A stretch of 20,000 nucleotides of DNA, taken from the IMG/VR virus record IMGVR_UViG_3300025057_000006; one strand, given 5' to 3'. Under the pieces are notes generated by a model. That model was not told the origin of the DNA, made no database searches, and saw only the letters and a list, made by a program, of their open reading frames with translations. A program made the translations under genes and the position numbers. This DNA is from an uncultured virus (IMG/VR IMGVR_UViG_3300025057_000006) (taxonomy: Duplodnaviria > Heunggongvirae > Uroviricota > Caudoviricetes). Of this stretch, positions 14,811 to 20,000 are shown one piece after another (the stretch's first letter is position 1; every line of letters starts with the position of its first letter).

Positions 14811-15899
14811 ATCTTCTCCTGTCATTTCATCACGAGCAGGCAATGCTTTTACATCTACTGCGTCTGAAGTACGAGAGACGGGAAGAATCTCAACACCTTC
14901 TTTAATTCCATAGGCACCACCAAGGCGTTGTGCATCTTGGCGGGAGTGTTGATTGATGTAATCATCAAACATTTCCTGCATCTTCCAGGTTGATTCACGA
15001 TCTTCATCGGGAATGCTGAGGCGATTAAGAGATTCAATCGCTTCATCCTGAGAACTGTAGTCAGGAATTTCAAAGGATTCAATAGCGCAGATTTCTACGT
15101 TATTGGCGCCACGCATTTCGTTGGCAAGTACAGGAGCAAACACTGTCGTAGCATAAAACTTTTCATTGAATGCCAGAGGAACCTCAGAGTCCAGAGCTTT
15201 GCTTAAGCACTTAGACATTTCCTTTTCGTACAGCTTTACCTTATCGGATACGTCTGTACCGTTAAGACCCTTAAGTGTTAACACCATAGGAATTTTGTGG
15301 GCACGCTTATTGTCCTGGGTCAGAATGTAGACCAGGTATTTAGTGCGCACACTGTACTTACGTTTGTACATCTCACCTTTGCTATTGGCAAGATCAGATG
15401 CAACCTTGTCATTATCAAAAAGTTCTTTGACTTCTGGGTGCTCAAACGTTCCAATTGTTTGGCGCATTCCAGTAGTTTCTTCTACCATCAAGGGAGAACG
15501 CAACAAGATCTGAACACGAGGTTCAATAAAGTTGAGTCCTTCTTCAACTGAAGTATTGGGAGCCATGCCGAATGTTTGCTTGTAGCCCCAGATAACTGAA
15601 CCTTTTTGAAACTGATCTTCAGTTGCAGTCCATCCACAGGAATCGAGGTCTGATTTACGGATAAACCATCCTCGGACTTTTGATTTGTTGAGGGGTTGAA
15701 TTGTGACAAGGTTTTGATAACCAGAAACAAATTCTTTGGATTGGAACATCTTAAAAGAGTCCAGTCCCCTGGTAGCCAAGGCTGATGTTTTTTTGGTAGT
15801 CATTTTCTTAAGAAGTTTCGGAGAAGGGGCAGAGGTTGTTTCAGCTTCGAGTTCATCCATCCAGGATTCACTCATCATGTCAGTTGGAGTAACAGGCAT
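14799..15899 (-). CDS. hypothetical protein in replication module (tentatively DUF5895-like)
   Basis: 366-aa ORF two genes downstream of ssb; family resemblance is from memory only. Confidence 0.7.
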   Translation of the reverse strand: MPVTPTDMMSESWMDELEAETTSAPSPKLLKKMTTKKTSALATRGLDSFKMFQSKEFVSGYQNLVTIQPLNKSKVRGWFIRKSDLDSCGWTATEDQFQKGSVIWGYKQTFGMAPNTSVEEGLNFIEPRVQILLRSPLMVEETTGMRQTIGTFEHPEVKELFDNDKVASDLANSKGEMYKRKYSVRTKYLVYILTQDNKRAHKIPMVLTLKGLNGTDVSDKVKLYEKEMSKCLSKALDSEVPLAFNEKFYATTVFAPVLANEMRGANNVEICAIESFEIPDYSSQDEAIESLNRLSIPDEDRESTWKMQEMFDDYINQHSRQDAQRLGGAYGIKEGVEILPVSRTSDAVDVKALPARDEMTGEDLSF

Positions 15900-15920
15900 G
15901 GTTTGTTCGTAGTTAGAGCC

Positions 15921-15948
15921 AGGCCTTTTAACGTCTTACCAGAGGACG
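15921..15948 (-). promoter_or_regulatory. repeated pseudoknot motif, copy B (weakened P2)
   Basis: CGUC-CUCUGGUAA-GACG-UUAAAA-GGCCU; P1 intact, P2 only GGU/GCC. Confidence 0.55.
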
Positions 15949-15953
15949 GGAAA

Positions 15954-16208
15954 TCACTCTACATCGTTGAGTTCATCTTGCTGTAGCTCAAGAAACACTT
16001 CTTTATTGGAATTGTAAAGCTCAAGGTATTGCTTCGAAATTTCATTCATCCGTTCAATGATGTTCAGTTCAAGATGACCAATACCACGTAGGAATTGAAT
16101 CATCTCATCAACAATTTCATCTGTCCCAATTGCTTGGAACTGATGCAACACTTTACGTTTACCATCCTCAAAGAGGAGTGTGAACTGGTCTTCAGCTTGA
16201 GTTGACAT
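15954..16208 (-). CDS. hypothetical protein
   Basis: 84 aa; TGATG coupling to ssb. Confidence 0.7.
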   Translation of the reverse strand: MSTQAEDQFTLLFEDGKRKVLHQFQAIGTDEIVDEMIQFLRGIGHLELNIIERMNEISKQYLELYNSNKEVFLELQQDELNDVE

Positions 16209-17020
16209 CAGAATGGTTCCTCGTCTAGTTCAGGTGCAACGCCATATTGGCCAGGGAGGTCAGGAAGACCACCACCAGAAGTAACATTCCAAGGATCAGT
16301 AGAAACTTGATTTGATGTACCACTATTCCAAAGGGGCTGAACTTCTTGTTCAATACTTACTGTTGTTTGTGGTTCGATAGGTTTGGCCTCATTAACTGTT
16401 GTTTTAGGAGCCAGCGTCATTTTATTGAGCTGGATTTTTGTTTGAGATTTGCGTTCACCATTTGAATCAGACCACGCATCAGTAACAAGACGACCGCGAA
16501 TAGTAATACCAACACCTTTGCGAGTCATATTGGCAAGTAACTCAGCATTGTTCAATCGATCTGTTGCATTGTTCATTGCAAAGAAGTTGAACAGGTCAGC
16601 TTGGTTCTTGCCTGTTGTTACTGAAATTGTTTGATTGCAGATCATTAAACCTGATTCTGTTGTGCGAAATACCCGTGGATCATTGAGATCTAAATTTTTC
16701 ACACAACGACCAGTCAAGATCACATCATTGAAATGTGGAAACTGATCACTAGCAGGCGCGACATTACCGCCATGCAATGAATGAGTGCGTGTATCTAAAT
16801 CGTGTCGCAGTGTTGATCCGTGTAAATAAATGTGTGCACCTTTTGGCGCTTTAGCAAAACGCTCTGCATTCTTGCCATAAAGATTGAGTTCGATGTGAGT
16901 TGGGGCTTTATTACCAACAGCAGGTAATGCAATCATGCATCGCATTGCTGTCGAAGTTTCCGATATAAAAACTTCTCTTGGTTGTTCAAGTGTTTGAGCG
17001 TAGGCACAGACAAAGTTCAT
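16208..17020 (-). CDS. ssb: single-stranded DNA-binding protein with two tandem OB-fold-like domains
   Basis: Second half NDVILTGR...KGVGITIRGRLVTDAWSDSNGERKSQTKI is canonical SSB; first half repeats the pattern (LYGKNAE...KGAHIYLHG); acidic tail ELDEEPF. Confidence 0.85.
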   Translation of the reverse strand: MNFVCAYAQTLEQPREVFISETSTAMRCMIALPAVGNKAPTHIELNLYGKNAERFAKAPKGAHIYLHGSTLRHDLDTRTHSLHGGNVAPASDQFPHFNDVILTGRCVKNLDLNDPRVFRTTESGLMICNQTISVTTGKNQADLFNFFAMNNATDRLNNAELLANMTRKGVGITIRGRLVTDAWSDSNGERKSQTKIQLNKMTLAPKTTVNEAKPIEPQTTVSIEQEVQPLWNSGTSNQVSTDPWNVTSGGGLPDLPGQYGVAPELDEEPF

Positions 17021-17041
17021 GTTGTGTAAAGCAAGGTGGTA

Positions 17042-17069
17042 AGGCAGTTTAACGTCATACCTGAGGACG
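17042..17069 (-). promoter_or_regulatory. repeated pseudoknot motif, copy C
   Basis: CGUC-CUCAGGUAU-GACG-UUAAAC-UGCCU; P2 AGGUA/UGCCU. Confidence 0.7.
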
Positions 17070-17074
17070 GGCGA

Positions 17075-18934
17075 TCAGTGAGTATCGTACCAGGTTCGGC
17101 CAACTTTGGCATCCCCTTCAATGCCGCACTGAAACCCAAAAAATTCCTGAGCTTGCGGGAAAGCTTTTAATGCGCTATCTTTCACCAGCTCCACGTGTTG
17201 CGGTTTGCAACTAAGCTGGATTTCGTCATGGATCATGGCGTGTTGAACCCAGTCAACCCCATAAACAAGACCAGTTTCTTCAACGTTTTGATGCAGATTA
17301 ATTACAACTTGCTTCATGATGATTGCACCAGCTGATTGCAACAAAACATTTAGTGCTTTGAAATCAGATCGACAATAAAGAATTCTTTTGTCTAATCCAT
17401 ACAAACAATTGTTTTTAGTAAGATTCTTATTTAATTTTTCCCGCAGTTCTCTCAATGCTGGCACACCATCCATGAATGAATCGATTGCAGTTCTTCCTAG
17501 TTTGCGCAGAACAAATTCATCTTTTTCATTCGGATCAATAATAGTACCGGCTTTAACTGCACCACATCCATACAACATTCCATATAACAAACGCTTACTA
17601 ATATCTCTGGTGGCCACGCCAAACTGTTGTCGGTTGTATTCGTGAATGTCAACCGTATCATCAGTCACCAAAGCAGCGTATTCTCCGTTGTCCCAGAGGG
17701 CAAGGTATCCAGCAAGGCAACGTAGTTCAAGTGCTTTAGCGTCAACACCAATGAGGTTCCACCCGTTAACAGCAGAGAACAAACTTCTGCATTCTTTTCC
17801 ATAGGGTGAGTAAGCTGCTGGGACTTGACCCATATTTGGATTGCGGTGTGAACAGCGCCCAGTAATGCAACCGTTAGTAGTAACATCACCGTGGATACAA
17901 CCAGTGTCATTGTTGTAAAGATTACGCCAAGAGTTGTTGCCTTCTGAAAGCTGACCAAGACGTTTCTTGACCAGCATGTATTCAGCTAAAGGTTTTGCTT
18001 CTGGATAGGGCAGTTGTTCTATAACTTCATCATTAAGAATTGGATTTCCTTTTTCAGTTGTCTTTTCAGGTGTCCATCCATACTTGTTTTTGAGTCGATC
18101 AACGATTTGATCACGAGATCCAGGATTGAATTCTTCATAACTAACTTTGGTGAATGGCTGGCCTTTGACATAACCTCTTTTAGCATTGTTTACTTTTGGA
18201 ATAAATACAGTTTCATGCTTAATAGGAGGAAATACTTCCTTTAATTTGTTTTCAAGTTCTGTTTGTTTTGTTCGTAGATCATCCATGAGATCAAGAGCTG
18301 CATCCATATCAAAAGGAAAACCCGATCTAACTTGTCTATTAATTGCCAACGCAAAGTCGTGCTCCAATTTAAGAGCTGGTTGCGGATAGTTTTGAACACT
18401 GATGTGTTCCCAAAGTTTTGTCGTGACTGCAACGTCTTGTTTGCAGTATTCCAACATCTCTTCAGAATATTGGGAGAAGTCTTTGAAGTCGATCTTATGA
18501 TCGGCCAGTCTCCATCCCCAAGCCTTAAGTGATGCGGATCCACGGTTCTTCGCTGGAACCTGCGGATATTGTTCCGTGTCAAGGTCATAGAGTTTCTCCT
18601 TAGGCCAGATCAATCGTGTGCAGATAAGAGTGTCAATGATTTGTGCATTGCTTTTGAAGTCATGTAACTTCTCAAGCACAGGGCAATCGTAGAAGATGAT
18701 GTTATGACCAATTAAAACATCAGCGGTTGCCAGATGAGCAAGAGCATCAGCAATGCAATCAGGCCCGTAAGAAAAAGTTTGTTTGGTTGCAATGTCATGG
18801 ATAACAATGCAGTAAATTTTTGTAACTTTGTCATAAAGGCCGTCGCTTTCAAGGTCAAAGATTAAGTACTTATCATTTGCGGAAACGGGACTCATCTTGA
18901 ATTGAGAGTTCTTTACAGGCAAGGTCTTCGTCAT
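17075..18934 (-). CDS. polA: family A DNA polymerase, T7-type (3'-5' exonuclease plus polymerase)
   Basis: ExoI FDLESDG, ExoII GHNIIFYD, ExoIII YCKQD, motif A DAKALELR, motif B RDISKRLLYGMLYG, motif C IHDEIQ; true start may be ATG 18895. Confidence 0.95.
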   Translation of the reverse strand: MTKTLPVKNSQFKMSPVSANDKYLIFDLESDGLYDKVTKIYCIVIHDIATKQTFSYGPDCIADALAHLATADVLIGHNIIFYDCPVLEKLHDFKSNAQIIDTLICTRLIWPKEKLYDLDTEQYPQVPAKNRGSASLKAWGWRLADHKIDFKDFSQYSEEMLEYCKQDVAVTTKLWEHISVQNYPQPALKLEHDFALAINRQVRSGFPFDMDAALDLMDDLRTKQTELENKLKEVFPPIKHETVFIPKVNNAKRGYVKGQPFTKVSYEEFNPGSRDQIVDRLKNKYGWTPEKTTEKGNPILNDEVIEQLPYPEAKPLAEYMLVKKRLGQLSEGNNSWRNLYNNDTGCIHGDVTTNGCITGRCSHRNPNMGQVPAAYSPYGKECRSLFSAVNGWNLIGVDAKALELRCLAGYLALWDNGEYAALVTDDTVDIHEYNRQQFGVATRDISKRLLYGMLYGCGAVKAGTIIDPNEKDEFVLRKLGRTAIDSFMDGVPALRELREKLNKNLTKNNCLYGLDKRILYCRSDFKALNVLLQSAGAIIMKQVVINLHQNVEETGLVYGVDWVQHAMIHDEIQLSCKPQHVELVKDSALKAFPQAQEFFGFQCGIEGDAKVGRTWYDTH

Positions 18935-19106
18935 TGCTGTTGATCCACGTCAAGATTTGTTGTGCACCCGCACGATACGGATGAGAAAAAATCTTGTTTA
19001 AAGCTACATCAGAGTCTAGTGGAATCAATTCAAATTTATTTGTTTCGTTGTTGGCAGTAATGGCATGTGGTGTGCCCCACCGCCAACAAGCAATGACGTA
19101 ACTCAT
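18873..19106 (-). CDS. hypothetical protein
   Basis: 77-aa ORF between GP88 and polA; 3' end overlaps the polA start. Confidence 0.65.
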   Translation of the reverse strand: MSYVIACWRWGTPHAITANNETNKFELIPLDSDVALNKIFSHPYRAGAQQILTWINSNDEDLACKELSIQDESRFRK

Positions 19107-19152
19107 GGATCAAATGAAAGACAGACAGATGTTATCTGATTTCATTTGATCC
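19107..19152. repeat. 13-bp perfect inverted repeat (hairpin)
   Basis: GGATCAAATGAAA (19107-19119) and TTTCATTTGATCC (19140-19152), inner CAGAT/ATCTG. Confidence 0.8.
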
Positions 19153-19168
19153 GCAAGTGTCTACAGAA

Positions 19169-19933
19169 TTATTTCTTGTTTGATTTGCCGTATCCAACAA
19201 ATCCACCTTCTTTCTTACGTTGAGATATTGCTTGACTTGCTTCGCTGCCAGCACGTTGTGATCCATGAACTAGCAATGCAAATGGCTTATTACCAAGACA
19301 ATGGCTGTCGTCATGGTCAATTTCAAGACCAAGCTTTGCGGCTTGATCTTCTGTGTAAACAACGTGAGCAACCCTGGTAAATACGTTTGAATACTTATCG
19401 ATCAGGTAGTCGAGCGTTCCCCCGTGAGATGCAGTGAGATAAAAGTTGGATGGGATCATGTCGCGCAAGTTGTACCACATTCCTAATGATTTTGTAAATG
19501 CATAGAACTTCTGTTGTGGCCTGCTTTGGGCCACCATGATCCAAGCCTTCATGTAGTTCTCAGTCCAGAAGTCACCTGATTCATGGATACGAATCAGTTC
19601 TTTAGGCGGTTGCATCAGGAGTGACAGGTCGATCAAGTCGCGCAACAACACAGCTTGGTTCCCATTCATGTGGATGGTTTCACGCAGTAAATCCCAGTTG
19701 TACCAACGTGCTTCCCGCACTGCAGGACGTGTCTCTGCCATAGCAGCAAAGCAACGGAAGTCACGTTCTGCTGTCACACCTGTGTACTGAGGCAAGTCAG
19801 TGATCTGACCAGTAGTGCGATCAGCAAAGGTTTTGCACACACCAGCATGTGGGCAGGCATACCCAGCAGGCAGGTTAAAGATCAAACGATTCTTGAGCTT
19901 GCCGTTGCCAGTGGAAAACTTGAGGAGTTTCAT
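19169..19933 (-). CDS. phage GP88-family protein
   Basis: GNGKL, FNLPAGYACPHAGVC, CFA, RIHESGDFW and FYAFTKS match the Gene product 88 family pattern. Confidence 0.75.
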   Translation of the reverse strand: MKLLKFSTGNGKLKNRLIFNLPAGYACPHAGVCKTFADRTTGQITDLPQYTGVTAERDFRCFAAMAETRPAVREARWYNWDLLRETIHMNGNQAVLLRDLIDLSLLMQPPKELIRIHESGDFWTENYMKAWIMVAQSRPQQKFYAFTKSLGMWYNLRDMIPSNFYLTASHGGTLDYLIDKYSNVFTRVAHVVYTEDQAAKLGLEIDHDDSHCLGNKPFALLVHGSQRAGSEASQAISQRKKEGGFVGYGKSNKK

Positions 19934-19962
19934 GAGTTGAATTGAATGATAAGAAAAACTAA

Positions 19963-19990
19963 TCAGCAGTTTAAGGACATACTGAGGTCC
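19963..19990 (-). promoter_or_regulatory. repeated pseudoknot motif, copy D
   Basis: GGAC-CUCAGUAU-GUCC-UUAAAC-UGCUGA; P1 GGAC/GUCC (compensatory relative to A-C), P2 UCAGUA/UGCUGA. Confidence 0.7.
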
Positions 19991-20000
19991 AGTGTTACAG

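Noticed and set aside
12533..19990. Repeated motif as a preQ1-I riboswitch, CRISPR repeat or intrinsic terminator
   Set aside because: Topology resembles preQ1-I but the consensus and long A-tail do not match and no queuosine genes follow; copies are kilobases apart without spacers; the 4-bp stem has no U-run.

Overview
Phage DNA, most likely a cyanophage (hli-like gene, tRNA-Pro, T7-type family A DNA polymerase, Gp157, GP88, SSB). The + strand block (1-6916) holds a YkgJ-type Cys protein, an HLIP, a three-gene sugar-modification cassette (GT2-like, NAD-dependent epimerase, RfbH/DdhC-type dehydrase), a DUF5872-like gene split in two around a 302-aa ORF, a structured leader RNA, an RNA cassette (two structured RNAs, a tRNA-like element with an aberrant anticodon arm, tRNA-Pro UGG) and an HNH gene. 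The mostly - strand block (6913-20000) holds an 809-aa orphan, a Dps-like protein, many small hypotheticals and a replication/recombination module (Gp157, SWIM finger, tandem-OB SSB, PolA, GP88). The most notable signal is a ~28-nt H-type RNA pseudoknot that recurs four times with compensatory base changes, each 20-30 nt upstream of a start codon in the replication module. All family calls come from recognising motifs by eye; no searches were run.
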